64,000 bases of DNA from positions 62,001-126,000 of IMG/VR virus record IMGVR_UViG_2867919565_000004; one strand, given 5' to 3'. Under the pieces are notes generated by a model, which did no database searches, had not been told where the DNA came from, and was given only the letters and a program-made list of their open reading frames with translations. The stretch's first letter is position 1. Every line of letters starts with the position of its first letter. The stretch comes from an uncultured virus (IMG/VR IMGVR_UViG_2867919565_000004) (taxonomy: Duplodnaviria; Heunggongvirae; Uroviricota; Caudoviricetes). Position numbers and translations under genes: made by a program. This document shows, one piece after another, positions 27,618 to 38,212 of the stretch.

Positions 27618-28053
27618 AGTGTATAACCTTCACTTGTATGATAAAAAAACTGAGGAGTCTTTAATTGATTTAACAACTCTTCAAGATGTTGAAATCTTTT
27701 ATAGCGATGAACATGAAACGTATTTGATTTTTGCAAAGAATGCTCTGCTAAACTTTGATGTACTTAAATTTTTAGGTGAATATAAAGCTCCTACCTCCTT
27801 TGAATCAAAGTTAGGGAAGAAACAATATATTTCAGTTTTAAAAGAAACTCCTCGCTCTGAATTCAAATTATTAGCTGAAACAATTGGTCGCCATATTGAG
27901 ACAACAAAGTCACACAAGGTTACTTTAGAATTTAACAATGTCGAAATTATTTCTAGAGCAGAACTTAAAGGTGTTAGTGGAGAAGTTTCAGGATTAGATT
28001 TGATTTTCAAAGTAAACCCACAAGATAACGAATTCTTTAAAATTCACTATTGA
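27598..28053 (+). CDS. Hypothetical protein
   Basis: GGGAGG RBS before GTG 27598. Confidence 0.65.
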   Translation: MDLAMHEVYNLHLYDKKTEESLIDLTTLQDVEIFYSDEHETYLIFAKNALLNFDVLKFLGEYKAPTSFESKLGKKQYISVLKETPRSEFKLLAETIGRHIETTKSHKVTLEFNNVEIISRAELKGVSGEVSGLDLIFKVNPQDNEFFKIHY

Positions 28054-28089
28054 TAAAACTTTAATTTTATTCAGATTGGAGCAGTGTAA

Positions 28090-28419
28090 GTGGCTGATCA
28101 CAAAGATGTTTACGAGTCTTTCTGGAAGGAAATCATTGAAGATGGAACAGGAAATATTAACAAAGAACAATTAATGAAAGAGCTGTGTGATTATAAGTAT
28201 CTGTTGGATTCAATTCCTGCTGTTTATGAAGAAGTGACTTGTAATACTGTAAGTAAGCCATTTGCTGATCCTAAATATGTTATTGAGACTCATAGAGAAG
28301 CTTTTATAAATAAAAGAATTGTCATAGATGATTTAAGAAACATGAGTGTGGCAGCAAAACACTATTCACCTTATGAGACAGTTGTGAGCCTAGGAGCTAT
28401 TGAAGGTTTATTAAAGTAA
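28090..28419 (+). CDS. Hypothetical protein
   Basis: GGAG RBS, 109 aa. Confidence 0.65.
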   Translation: MADHKDVYESFWKEIIEDGTGNINKEQLMKELCDYKYLLDSIPAVYEEVTCNTVSKPFADPKYVIETHREAFINKRIVIDDLRNMSVAAKHYSPYETVVSLGAIEGLLK

Positions 28420-28449
28420 TACAAAAAATATTGAGGATGAAGACGAAAA

Positions 28450-28923
28450 ATGACGAATGAAGATTTTAAATACTTAAACAAGCATTTTGAACAGCTTATT
28501 AAATTAAGAGAATCTGGTTATAAATGTGATTTTGAGATTAGAACTGTCTTAGATAAATTGCATGAAAAAATGGGTCTTGAGCAAAGAGCAACTATCGGAA
28601 AATGTTCAATGCCTGGAATTAGTATAAAAGAACCTTCCGTTGTTGTTTCACAAGGAGCAGTTAATTATTCACCGGCATTTGGGTCATCTAAAGGTGATAC
28701 CCCCTTAAACAGTCAGAAAGATAAACCTAAGCTATTGATTCTTGGTGAACCTGGTTTGCTTTTTGAATTTTTCAAAGCATATATTGTACCTGAATCAACT
28801 ATAGTAAGATGCAATATAAGTCGAGATCAAGCTCAGATAATTACAGAGGAAATTGAGATAACTTTTTTGAAGAAGACGTCCTCTACTAGGGGGATGCGAT
28901 TTGATTATAAATTGTCTATGTAA
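28450..28923 (+). CDS. Hypothetical protein
   Basis: GAGG RBS, 157 aa. Confidence 0.6.
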   Translation: MTNEDFKYLNKHFEQLIKLRESGYKCDFEIRTVLDKLHEKMGLEQRATIGKCSMPGISIKEPSVVVSQGAVNYSPAFGSSKGDTPLNSQKDKPKLLILGEPGLLFEFFKAYIVPESTIVRCNISRDQAQIITEEIEITFLKKTSSTRGMRFDYKLSM

Positions 28924-28939
28924 TTAAAAACACATTTTA

Positions 28940-28993
28940 AGAGCGCCCAGTGATGATTGAAGTCTCCCCACTTCTCTATTGCTGGGCGTTTTA
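28940..28993 (+). terminator. Long stem-loop with C-rich loop
   Basis: AGAGCGCCCAGTGAT...ATTGCTGGGCGTTTT. Confidence 0.5.
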
Positions 28994-29031
28994 TAAAACG
29001 TGTTTTTAAAAATTATATTGGAGGTGTATGA

Positions 29032-29961
29032 ATGCCTAGAAAAGCCAAAGAAAAGGAAAAATTGATCTGTGCTGCTTGTCAGAAAGAAAAGGACAAAGAG
29101 TCAGGGTTCTATAATTCACGAAGCAGTCTGTATGAGAAGACTGGAAAAGTCCCTATTTGCAAGACTTGCTTGAAGAAAAACATTGATTACAACAATATTG
29201 AGTCAATATATACAGTCTTACAACAGATCGATGTTAAATTTGATCCTTTGTATTGGGAACAAGCTGAAAAGAGAAAAACAGATACATTTAGCGCTTATAT
29301 GACAATGGCTAATTCATTGAAGCAATTTAACGGTACTGGTTACAAAGACAGTATATTTACAAAAGAAGATAAAACAAATGTAACAGCTAATGAAGAAGAG
29401 AGCCAAACGTCTCAAGACATTGACTCAGACTACCTAGAGAAACTTAAAGAAAAATACGGATATGGCTATCCCGATGACGACTACCTCCTCTTCGAAAAGA
29501 AATTCCTTCAACTAAAACCCTCTTTTCAGTTACTCACCACAATGCACGAAGAGTGCTTACGAGAATACTGCGTAAATAAGGTATATGAGACCCTTGCTAA
29601 AGCAAAAGGAGATTTTAAACAAGCTAAAGACTGGGCTGCAATGGCAAAAGATACAGCTGAAGCTGGGAAATTAAAACCTTCTCAAATGAGTAAAGCTGAT
29701 TTATCGCAAGGTTTGGATGGATTTGGACAACTGGCGAGAATGGTTGAAGAGAAAGTTGACATTATCCCTATTTTACCGAAGTTTGTTTCTCAGCCGAAAG
29801 ATAAGCCAGATGTAGTATTATGGTGCTATTTAAATTATGTTCGGGACTTAAAAGGTCTTCCACCTGCTGATTATAAAGATATCTACAACTTCTATGAAGA
29901 ACGTAGATCAGATTATGAGAAACAGGAATTAGATAACGATCCTTCAATGCGGGAGTTATAA
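29032..29961 (+). CDS. YonG-like Zn-binding protein, candidate terminase small subunit
   Basis: CAAC...CKTC; directly upstream of large terminase. Confidence 0.65.
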   Translation: MPRKAKEKEKLICAACQKEKDKESGFYNSRSSLYEKTGKVPICKTCLKKNIDYNNIESIYTVLQQIDVKFDPLYWEQAEKRKTDTFSAYMTMANSLKQFNGTGYKDSIFTKEDKTNVTANEEESQTSQDIDSDYLEKLKEKYGYGYPDDDYLLFEKKFLQLKPSFQLLTTMHEECLREYCVNKVYETLAKAKGDFKQAKDWAAMAKDTAEAGKLKPSQMSKADLSQGLDGFGQLARMVEEKVDIIPILPKFVSQPKDKPDVVLWCYLNYVRDLKGLPPADYKDIYNFYEERRSDYEKQELDNDPSMREL

Positions 29962-29963
29962 TA

Positions 29964-31739
29964 ATGGCTTCGAGAAAGAACTTCCAAAAAGATAATTTTA
30001 AATACACCAAACAAAGTTCAAGATTGGACAGCGACCCTGAATTTAACTCCCCTGTCCAAGCAAATCAAAATAAGGTTGATACTTTTGAGAGAAATTTAGA
30101 TAAATGGATTGAATTTGTTCAATGGGCAAGATGGTTTCCTGATTTATGGTACGACTTAATTAAGCCAGAAAAAGGCGGCATGAGACTAGATTTAGATCAA
30201 AGGGTTTTCCTAAGATGTATGAGTCGTTTTGTAAGTACATATGGAGTTTTTCCTCGTGGATTTGGGAAAACAATGCTCGAGTTAATGTCAATTTACCATA
30301 CTGCTATTTGGTTTCCTGATATCACGATAGCCATGTCAGCACAAACAAGAGAAAATGCAGCTTCAATCAGTGAAGAGAAACACAATGAAATTATGAAGTG
30401 GTTTCCTTTAATGAAAAATGAATTAGCTGGTAGACCTTCTTTTACTAAAGACTCTGTTGAGGTTAAGTTTTCTTCTGGAGGAGTTTATTCTGTGCTGGCA
30501 AATGCACAGTCTACAAAAGGACAGCGTAGAAGAAGGCTAAATGTTGAAGAATCAGCTCTCTTAAATAACGAGCTATTTAAAGATGTACTTGAACCAGTAG
30601 TAAACGTACCCAGAAGAACAATTGGCAAGCTTGCTACAGTAAACCCTTTTGAATTGAACGGAATGATTAATTACCTAACAACGTCAGGCTATCGAGGATC
30701 AGACGAATTCAACAGGATTCTGAACATGCTTGATGAAATGGCTGATTTAAAAGGGAAAATTGTTCTAGGAGCAAGCTGGGAATTGCCTTGTCACTTTGGC
30801 AGAGGTGAAACACGGACTCAGATACTTGCGAAGAAAAATGATCCTACAACCTCATCGACTGCTTTTGCAATGAACTATGAATCTAAATGGGTTGGAGCGA
30901 GTGATGGGGCACTTATCAACATTAGCAAGTTGATCAAAGCAAGGACAATTACAAACCCAGAACTAGCTTGTCCTAGAGATAAGAATAAGAATTTCTTATT
31001 AAATGAATATGTTATCGGGGTCGACGTTGCCCGCTCAAGTGAAAAGTCAAACAACAAAACAGCTATAATTGTTCTCAAGATTATTCGCAACTCAAATAAT
31101 GCAATTAGGCAAGTCCAGGTTGTAAATATAATCGAACCACCAAATGGACTGAATTTTAAAGAGCAATCGATCATGGTTAAAAGGGTTTTCAAAAACTATG
31201 GAGGTAATGAAGATCTATCTATATCAAGGGTTAGAGCTGTGATTGTGGATGGAAATGGAGTCGGAAGTGGACTGGTGGATAGACTTCTTGAAGATGTTAC
31301 AGATCCAGAAACGAATGAAGAATTGGGATGCTGGGCAACAATCAATACTGATCAGAAACCAGATGTTCCAAACTCCCCTGCTATTGTTTATAACCTCAAA
31401 TCTCAAGGGATTAACGACAAGATTATTACCACTTTCTTAGATTATGTTGAGTCTGGAAAGTTGAAATTATTGAGACCATATGAAGAAATAAAAAGCAAAA
31501 AAGTTATTAGCGACGATATTATGGTTGAGGCCACATGTATACAAACACAATTATTAATTGATGAAGTAGCCAACTTAAGGTTAAAGAAAACACAGAACTC
31601 AATTAGCGTTGAACAAGTAGTTAAACGTATTGATAAAGATAGGTACAGTGCATTGAGTTACGCTCTTTACTACATAGCTTTATTTTTAGAAAAGGAAGAA
31701 TCCGATGATGAGTATTCATTTGGATTCTTTTTTAATTAG
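29964..31739 (+). CDS. yonF: Terminase large subunit
   Basis: PRGFGKT Walker A, NVEES Walker B, IGVDVAR, DGNGVG, KDRYSA nuclease motifs. Confidence 0.9.
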   Translation: MASRKNFQKDNFKYTKQSSRLDSDPEFNSPVQANQNKVDTFERNLDKWIEFVQWARWFPDLWYDLIKPEKGGMRLDLDQRVFLRCMSRFVSTYGVFPRGFGKTMLELMSIYHTAIWFPDITIAMSAQTRENAASISEEKHNEIMKWFPLMKNELAGRPSFTKDSVEVKFSSGGVYSVLANAQSTKGQRRRRLNVEESALLNNELFKDVLEPVVNVPRRTIGKLATVNPFELNGMINYLTTSGYRGSDEFNRILNMLDEMADLKGKIVLGASWELPCHFGRGETRTQILAKKNDPTTSSTAFAMNYESKWVGASDGALINISKLIKARTITNPELACPRDKNKNFLLNEYVIGVDVARSSEKSNNKTAIIVLKIIRNSNNAIRQVQVVNIIEPPNGLNFKEQSIMVKRVFKNYGGNEDLSISRVRAVIVDGNGVGSGLVDRLLEDVTDPETNEELGCWATINTDQKPDVPNSPAIVYNLKSQGINDKIITTFLDYVESGKLKLLRPYEEIKSKKVISDDIMVEATCIQTQLLIDEVANLRLKKTQNSISVEQVVKRIDKDRYSALSYALYYIALFLEKEESDDEYSFGFFFN

Positions 31740-31757
31740 AAATTGAGGAGGTGAATA

Positions 31758-33299
31758 ATGACTACACCTGAACCACAGCCATCATATGAGTTTAATACAA
31801 ATTTAACACCGCTTGATTCATTGTTTTTTAATGATTTATTTAACGGCATTTCTTACGACAAAGTTAAATCATGGCTGAAAGACCACAACGCCTATAATAA
31901 ACAGATTAGGGATGCCTCTAAATTGCTTTATAACGCAAATGGCGTGTATAGAAACGTTATTGACTACATGGTTGCCCTTCCTACTTTAGACAGAGTTATT
32001 TTGGGATCAAGTAAAGTGGATAGTTTCAAATCGAACAAACAAAGATTCAACCTGGCTTTAAGAAAAATCGGCGACAAAAGTGCTGTCAGGGATGCATTAG
32101 GAAAACTCAGCAAATATGGCACTGGTTTTTATTATTTTGATTCTGTGGTGAATGATTCCTTCCCCACTACTCTAAGTGACAATGAGATCGGATCAATAAC
32201 TGAATCAAATGCTATTGACGACTTTAATTGTTCCGTTCTCCCCCTTCCTCTCGATTATTGCAAAATTATAGGCAGGAAAAACTCCTCTTATCAGTTAGCT
32301 TTTGATGTCTCCTATTTTGACAAGTTCACAAGTAACGGAAGATCGCTCAAGCTTAGACGATGGCCAGAAGAAATTAGACAAGGCTATAGGGCTTATAAGA
32401 AAGATCAAAATCGAAAATGGCTAGTTCTTGATAACAATAAGACCATTGCTGTTAAAGGAAGCAGCGACATTGAAGATCAATGGGGACGCCCAATCGGTTT
32501 ATCTGCATTTATTGATATGGTTTATGATGAATACTTTGTTGACACTAAACGGAACATTTTAGATGAGCTCAACAGCACTTTAATTTATCAGACTTTCCCT
32601 GAAGGTGATCAAAAAGGTAAATCTGCATTATCTCAGAAGCAACAGGAACAGCAGCATGAGAATATAAAAAAAGCATTAGTTGCTAAAGGAAGCGTTAAAG
32701 GTGTTAAGTTCTTCTCCTTGGCTTCGGGAACAAAATTAGACAAGTTAGAAACCAATGTGGATTTCTTGAAGGTTAAAGGTGAAGACGAGCTCATTAAGCG
32801 AATTACTACAAATTTAGGATTTGCCGGTTCTGCTCTCAACGGGCAAGATGGTAACTACTCTTCTCAACAAACCAATATCGAGATGGTTTCTTCCCAAATA
32901 TTCTCCTGGTTAGAACAAATTCAAAGTGAGTTTAACAAGGTGATAAACGCCAATATCATCAAAGATCCTCGCTCTTATATTGAGGTTTATTACCTCCCTC
33001 TTACTCACGTTAACAGGAAAGAAAAAGTCCAAAACATGAAAGATCTTTATACAAGTGGTCGAGGTAGCCTTATTGCTTGGATAGCCGCGACTGGATGGAA
33101 TCCTGATGCTTACTTATCCCTAATGGAATATGAAAAAGACGAAGGTTTTGATGAAAAGTTCCCTGTTCATGCGACCTCTTTCACAATGAGTAAGAATAGC
33201 GACAAGTCAGCCGGCGCACCTGAGATCGACGATCCGAAAAATGAAAACACGATTAAATCGAAGACAAATAACAGTAACGGAACGCCTTCTGGCTCTTGA
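31758..33299 (+). CDS. yonE: Portal protein
   Basis: Follows terminase; ~510 aa; WGRP motif. Confidence 0.72.
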   Translation: MTTPEPQPSYEFNTNLTPLDSLFFNDLFNGISYDKVKSWLKDHNAYNKQIRDASKLLYNANGVYRNVIDYMVALPTLDRVILGSSKVDSFKSNKQRFNLALRKIGDKSAVRDALGKLSKYGTGFYYFDSVVNDSFPTTLSDNEIGSITESNAIDDFNCSVLPLPLDYCKIIGRKNSSYQLAFDVSYFDKFTSNGRSLKLRRWPEEIRQGYRAYKKDQNRKWLVLDNNKTIAVKGSSDIEDQWGRPIGLSAFIDMVYDEYFVDTKRNILDELNSTLIYQTFPEGDQKGKSALSQKQQEQQHENIKKALVAKGSVKGVKFFSLASGTKLDKLETNVDFLKVKGEDELIKRITTNLGFAGSALNGQDGNYSSQQTNIEMVSSQIFSWLEQIQSEFNKVINANIIKDPRSYIEVYYLPLTHVNRKEKVQNMKDLYTSGRGSLIAWIAATGWNPDAYLSLMEYEKDEGFDEKFPVHATSFTMSKNSDKSAGAPEIDDPKNENTIKSKTNNSNGTPSGS

Positions 33300-33316
33300 G
33301 AGGAGGTGATTAGTAT

Positions 33317-34471
33317 TTGAAAAGCACGATTTTAGAAATTAACAATCAGAAGAAAACCAGTGGTCAGACATACATCAAGTGGGTCGTTCTTGAAATTCAT
33401 GAAAACAATACTCAGTTTAACAAGAATGGCATTACCTGGCTGGAGAAATACATAAACGCTAACCTTGAATCAATCAAGTTAATGCCAATTTGCGCAGAGT
33501 TCTTGGATGATGAAAACAGTGAGCCATTCGGACACGGGTTAACAGAAGTCAAGGACGGTACCCCGCTCTTTGAAAACAGCGCTGTGGTTGGTACGACCAC
33601 CAATGCTTACATTGATACTATAGATGTTAATGGTGAGCCAAAAAGAGTGTTAATAGCTGAAGGCTTCCTATACAACCAGCGCTACCCTAAATTTGTTCAA
33701 TGGTTAAAATCAAAAATGTTTGATGGTGATTTCCCTGAAACCTCGGTTGAGATAGCAGCTGTGGAAGGTTCAGATGCAATTGAATATGAAGGTGGCTGGA
33801 AAGAGCAAGGACGTATACCTATGAAGTTTGACTTTACAGGTGATGCAATTTTAGGTATCGATCCTGCAGATGACGCTGCCATTTTACTTGAATTAAACAG
33901 TAACCAAAAGGAGGATAATTTAATGTCAAAATCTCAAGAAGAAGTAGTCCTTGAGTTAAACAACAAACTTGATAATAAGAATAAAGAAATTGGAGAGTTA
34001 AATCAAAAAGTTGAGAAACTTACTGAGGACTTAAAGCAAAAAACTGAAGAACTGAATGCTGCTGTTAAAGCTGCAAAGGATGAAAAAGCTAAGGCTGATG
34101 CAAAAGAAAAAGAAGCGCAAAAAGCCAAGGATGAAAAAGCCAAGGCAGATGAAGAGCTTAATTCCCTAAAGGAATTCAAAAACAAGGCGGTAGCCGAAAA
34201 GATGCAAGGAGAGCTTAACCAAGCTTTAAAGGAATATTCTCCTGAAGAAAAGGATGTCGCAAAAGAGAAAATTGAAATGTTCTCTAAGTCTCCTTCTATC
34301 GAGCTTAAAAACGAAATTATTTCTGAAATCAACTCAGCAATCGCTCGATCCTTCATCGCTGAACGCTCAAAGAAACAAGCCTCTGAGACTAATAGCAAAA
34401 ATTTCGATATTTATTCAGACGTTCGTGATTCTGGGCAACAAGGTTCAGTGACAATTGATGATCTTTATTAA
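33317..34471 (+). CDS. Prohead protease/scaffold (YonD-like)
   Basis: NKNG, TSVEI, GDAILG N-domain plus coiled-coil with AKDEKAKAD repeats. Confidence 0.7.
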   Translation: MKSTILEINNQKKTSGQTYIKWVVLEIHENNTQFNKNGITWLEKYINANLESIKLMPICAEFLDDENSEPFGHGLTEVKDGTPLFENSAVVGTTTNAYIDTIDVNGEPKRVLIAEGFLYNQRYPKFVQWLKSKMFDGDFPETSVEIAAVEGSDAIEYEGGWKEQGRIPMKFDFTGDAILGIDPADDAAILLELNSNQKEDNLMSKSQEEVVLELNNKLDNKNKEIGELNQKVEKLTEDLKQKTEELNAAVKAAKDEKAKADAKEKEAQKAKDEKAKADEELNSLKEFKNKAVAEKMQGELNQALKEYSPEEKDVAKEKIEMFSKSPSIELKNEIISEINSAIARSFIAERSKKQASETNSKNFDIYSDVRDSGQQGSVTIDDLY

Positions 34472-34511
34472 GATAAAATAACACTTTTATAAAATTTAGG
34501 AGGAATACTCA

Positions 34512-34976
34512 ATGTTCAAATTTGGAACAATTGGTGCTTACAAACAAGTACGAAATAATCCACGCTGCAAGGCTAGTGTCGATTTAGTCCCTGGTCTAGT
34601 CGTAATCCCTAACGATTCTTCTGGTAATGCATTCCCTCCAGGCGCATCTTCAACTGCAAAAGGTGATGTGTATGTGGTTGGAAACATTATTGATAAACCT
34701 GAAATTCGCAATAAAGAAGACTTCAAAGTTCTAAAAGGTGAATATGTCCTTGCTTTTAATGTAGCAGATTTAAAAGGACTGCCAATTGAACTCAGCTCAG
34801 ATGTGGTAGTTGACTATGATGCGCTTGTTAAAGATGACGTATTGGTTCCGGCTGCGGACAAATCAGGTAAATGGGTTAAAGCTGGAGATGACGTTGCAGA
34901 GTTTAAAGTATCTCTAAAAGTCTTAGAGAAAAATACATTTGGCGGAAAAGGTTTGTGCCTAACAGTACAGGCTTAA
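34512..34976 (+). CDS. Probable head decoration protein
   Basis: Between scaffold and capsid genes. Confidence 0.55.
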   Translation: MFKFGTIGAYKQVRNNPRCKASVDLVPGLVVIPNDSSGNAFPPGASSTAKGDVYVVGNIIDKPEIRNKEDFKVLKGEYVLAFNVADLKGLPIELSSDVVVDYDALVKDDVLVPAADKSGKWVKAGDDVAEFKVSLKVLEKNTFGGKGLCLTVQA

Positions 34977-35000
34977 TTAATATTCTGGAGGTAATTATTA

Positions 35001-36107
35001 ATGTTTACAGTTGAATTAAACAATGTTCAAAAAGACTCAAACCATTATGCAAATGCTAAATTGAATGCTAAGTCCCCTATTGTAGAAATCTTTTCTGCAG
35101 CTGCAACAGGTCAAGATCTTTCCAAGTTTGGAGCAAAAGCCAATGCTGCTATGACCCATGTGAAGGAACTAGCTTCCAAAGCTCTTATGGGCAACCCTGT
35201 AGCTAAAGCCGAGATCAACACAATTGTGCGTTATGCCATTGAACCTAAGCTTATTTCAGCAATTAAGCTATTTGATTTTATGGGCACGTTTAGAACTATT
35301 GGCTATGATCAGCAACCAATGATGACAACATACTCGCATGAATCCATCCGAAGCCAATTCCAAGCTTCCCGTGGTGACGTACCGTTCGCTACTACAACTT
35401 GGAACGAATACCCGATTGGAACTCAAACCATTTCTTCTGGCTATGCTGTTAACTATCGTGAGATTCAAAGTGGAAACCTCGATAAAGTAGCAGAAGGCAT
35501 GGAACAAGTTCAAACAGATATGATGAACAAAGCAATGTACTATGTAGTAAATGAAATGTTCAATGCAATTAAAAATGCAACAGGCGTTAAATACTTTGCT
35601 GAAACTGAAAATATCACCAAATCATCTGTAGACGATATAATCACAAAGATTCGCCGATTTGGACAACCTTCTATTGTTGGTGACTTTTCTGTTGTTTCTC
35701 AGTTAAATGACTTTGCAGGATTCCAGGCTGTAGCCGGAGATGCTTCAAGCACTAAGCTCCCTCAATCTGTAATGGATGAAATCCGAAGAACCGGATTGCT
35801 TAACACTTATAAAGGTTCTTCTGTTGTAGAATTGCCTAACTCTTATAATCTTACTGAATTAAACAAAGCCGGCGACAACTTCAAAACATATCTTCCTGAA
35901 GGTCTTCTCTTCTTCATTCCTCAAGGCAAAAAGTCTCCTCTTCAAGTATTCCAAAAAGGCGGACTTACTTCAATGAATGGTAACGACATCATCACTGGAA
36001 CTGAGATCACTCGTTTTGATATGGAAATTGGAGCTGGTGTAGCCAAAGGACAAGAACATCAAATCGGTCTCATCAGAGACACAAAATATGAATTACCACA
36101 AATTTAA
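35001..36107 (+). CDS. Major capsid protein
   Basis: Position and size; strong RBS; followed by terminator. Confidence 0.75.
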   Translation: MFTVELNNVQKDSNHYANAKLNAKSPIVEIFSAAATGQDLSKFGAKANAAMTHVKELASKALMGNPVAKAEINTIVRYAIEPKLISAIKLFDFMGTFRTIGYDQQPMMTTYSHESIRSQFQASRGDVPFATTTWNEYPIGTQTISSGYAVNYREIQSGNLDKVAEGMEQVQTDMMNKAMYYVVNEMFNAIKNATGVKYFAETENITKSSVDDIITKIRRFGQPSIVGDFSVVSQLNDFAGFQAVAGDASSTKLPQSVMDEIRRTGLLNTYKGSSVVELPNSYNLTELNKAGDNFKTYLPEGLLFFIPQGKKSPLQVFQKGGLTSMNGNDIITGTEITRFDMEIGAGVAKGQEHQIGLIRDTKYELPQI

Positions 36108-36122
36108 ACAATTTAAAATCTA

Positions 36123-36150
36123 GGAGGGATGTGTCCCTCCTTTTATTTTT
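36123..36150 (+). terminator. Intrinsic terminator
   Basis: GGAGGGA-TGTG-TCCCTCC-TTTT. Confidence 0.7.
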
Positions 36151-36161
36151 GGAGGGATTAC

Positions 36162-36635
36162 ATGTCTTTTAATTTAGATAAAAAGATCACAATTAAAAAC
36201 CTATGTCCATGGGATTTATATTTCCGAAAGATTGACACTCACGGAGACTTCAGATTGCCAGCCAATGGGATTAGACAGATTACAGCTGGAGAAGTGCAAT
36301 CCCAAGTTTATGACAATACCTCACTGTTTACCGGAACTGACGGGCAAGGTACCCACGCCAAAATCTATATCGATGACAAAGAAACCCGTGTGCACTTAGG
36401 TTTCGAGACTGAAGATAAAGATGACAAGCAAGAAATTGTTACTGTAGAACGAATTAAACAAATCTTGGGGTATAAAACACAAAAAGCCTTCGAAGAAAAT
36501 GTTCAAAAAGAAATTTTACTTGAGTCTGAAAAAGCTCAGCTGTTTGATGTGGCTAAAAAAGAAAAGATTAATGACTACGCTAAGATTAAGTTCATTGAAG
36601 AATACACTGGATTTAAATTTGACACTCAATCATAA
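36162..36635 (+). CDS. Virion morphogenesis protein
   Basis: GGAGG RBS; position after capsid. Confidence 0.65.
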   Translation: MSFNLDKKITIKNLCPWDLYFRKIDTHGDFRLPANGIRQITAGEVQSQVYDNTSLFTGTDGQGTHAKIYIDDKETRVHLGFETEDKDDKQEIVTVERIKQILGYKTQKAFEENVQKEILLESEKAQLFDVAKKEKINDYAKIKFIEEYTGFKFDTQS

Positions 36636-36647
36636 GGGGGTTAAATC

Positions 36648-37034
36648 TTGACTACCTATGATGAAATCATAAACGTTTTCCATTCAAAGTTTCAGTCAAA
36701 TGAAATACTACCAGATGGACTTGAGTATCAGTTTTTCAAGAACGCTATTGGTGAATATGAAACAGATTTAACTGAACTGGGTTTTGATAAAGAAACAAAA
36801 GATTTTAAAGAACCCCTCTCCCCTGCTCAAATTCAAATTTTAGGAAGACTCATGTACAAAGATTATTTAGGAAGATATCGTGATAGGGCTCTAAAATTAA
36901 ACAACATTGTAGGAAGAGATATCCAATTGACAGGTTTATCCAATACTAAAGCTCAGGTTAATAGATCCTATGAAGATCTTGTCGATGAGATTGAAAAAAA
37001 GATGAGCAAACTGAAAGTGAATAATTTTGATTGA
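36648..37034 (+). CDS. Probable head-tail connector
   Basis: Position and size. Confidence 0.6.
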   Translation: MTTYDEIINVFHSKFQSNEILPDGLEYQFFKNAIGEYETDLTELGFDKETKDFKEPLSPAQIQILGRLMYKDYLGRYRDRALKLNNIVGRDIQLTGLSNTKAQVNRSYEDLVDEIEKKMSKLKVNNFD

Positions 37035-37043
37035 GGTGATTAG

Positions 37044-37709
37044 ATGTCTATAGATTGGTATCTAACCTCTTCTTCAAATTATTTGAGTGGCTGGGAAAAC
37101 GAAGAGTTTAATTCAAACAAGTATGAAATCTTCAAGGAAATCTTAGCAAATTCACCTGAAACTTACGATATTGAATTGAATGGCAAACCTGAACAGGTAA
37201 TAATTCAAACCACTCAGGACAGCGAAACAAAAAAAGTCCTTACAGTTTTAGGCTTATTGAATCGTGGAGACTTGATTTTGTATGACAGTAGTTACTGGCT
37301 AGTTAATTCACGTCCTACCGATAACAAAATGAATGACAGTGCTACTATGCGGCTTTGTAATTCATCAATTAGTCTAACATCTTCTGATGAACTAATTGAT
37401 TCTGGGAAGATTGATGAAGTTACAGGGAGACCGATAAAGATTAAAGTACCTGGTGAGAAGGTTGACATCCCGTGTGTTTTAGAACGAACAACCTCAACAA
37501 TTGGATCAGAATTGGCCATAAATATTCCTGAGGGACAGGCACACGTTACCATCCCCTTTTTAAAACATGAAAAATTAAAGAAGGGTCTTTTTCTTTCTTT
37601 TTATGGCGAGGAATTCCGTGTTGATGATATAGACTATTCCAAGGTTTATGGAGACACTGGAACAATTAGACTTATAGCCAAAAAGAAAGTTGGAGGTGAT
37701 AGCGAATGA
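37044..37709 (+). CDS. Probable head closure protein
   Basis: Position. Confidence 0.55.
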   Translation: MSIDWYLTSSSNYLSGWENEEFNSNKYEIFKEILANSPETYDIELNGKPEQVIIQTTQDSETKKVLTVLGLLNRGDLILYDSSYWLVNSRPTDNKMNDSATMRLCNSSISLTSSDELIDSGKIDEVTGRPIKIKVPGEKVDIPCVLERTTSTIGSELAINIPEGQAHVTIPFLKHEKLKKGLFLSFYGEEFRVDDIDYSKVYGDTGTIRLIAKKKVGGDSE

Positions 37710-38212
37710 GTATGGTGGTCGAACATATGACAACTGTATTCAGAACTATTATGAATGATTCAGAATTGAATCGTCTTTTATATTATAAGGATGACCCTCT
37801 CTCCTCTTCTCTCCCTGACGTTCAGACGTTGGAAAATTATTATGATCCAGTTGATGATTCCCCATCAATATTAAGCTCAATAATTAAACGTGCTCCCAAA
37901 ACTGATGATTTAACCGATCAACCAATATGCAGACTTTGTGTTTATCTTGGCAATGGAATCCCTAAATCCTCGACCCAAAGTGTGATGCTGCTAGATCAAG
38001 ATTTGATGATTGATGTTTATACACACATTAACACTTATGAAGAGACTGAATTCAGGAACCTTAAAATTACTGATCGTATTTGTGACATGCTCTTCAATCA
38101 AAATTTTGCTGGCATCGGTAAAAATGTTAAATACACAAGACTGCTCATATCGAATGCACCTGAAGGGTATTTGGGATACAAATTAATATTCACTTTCGGA
38201 GCTATGAAATGA
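37706..38212 (+). CDS. yomW: YomW-like probable tail terminator
   Basis: Position; ELNRLLYYKDDPLS. Confidence 0.6.
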   Translation: MSMVVEHMTTVFRTIMNDSELNRLLYYKDDPLSSSLPDVQTLENYYDPVDDSPSILSSIIKRAPKTDDLTDQPICRLCVYLGNGIPKSSTQSVMLLDQDLMIDVYTHINTYEETEFRNLKITDRICDMLFNQNFAGIGKNVKYTRLLISNAPEGYLGYKLIFTFGAMK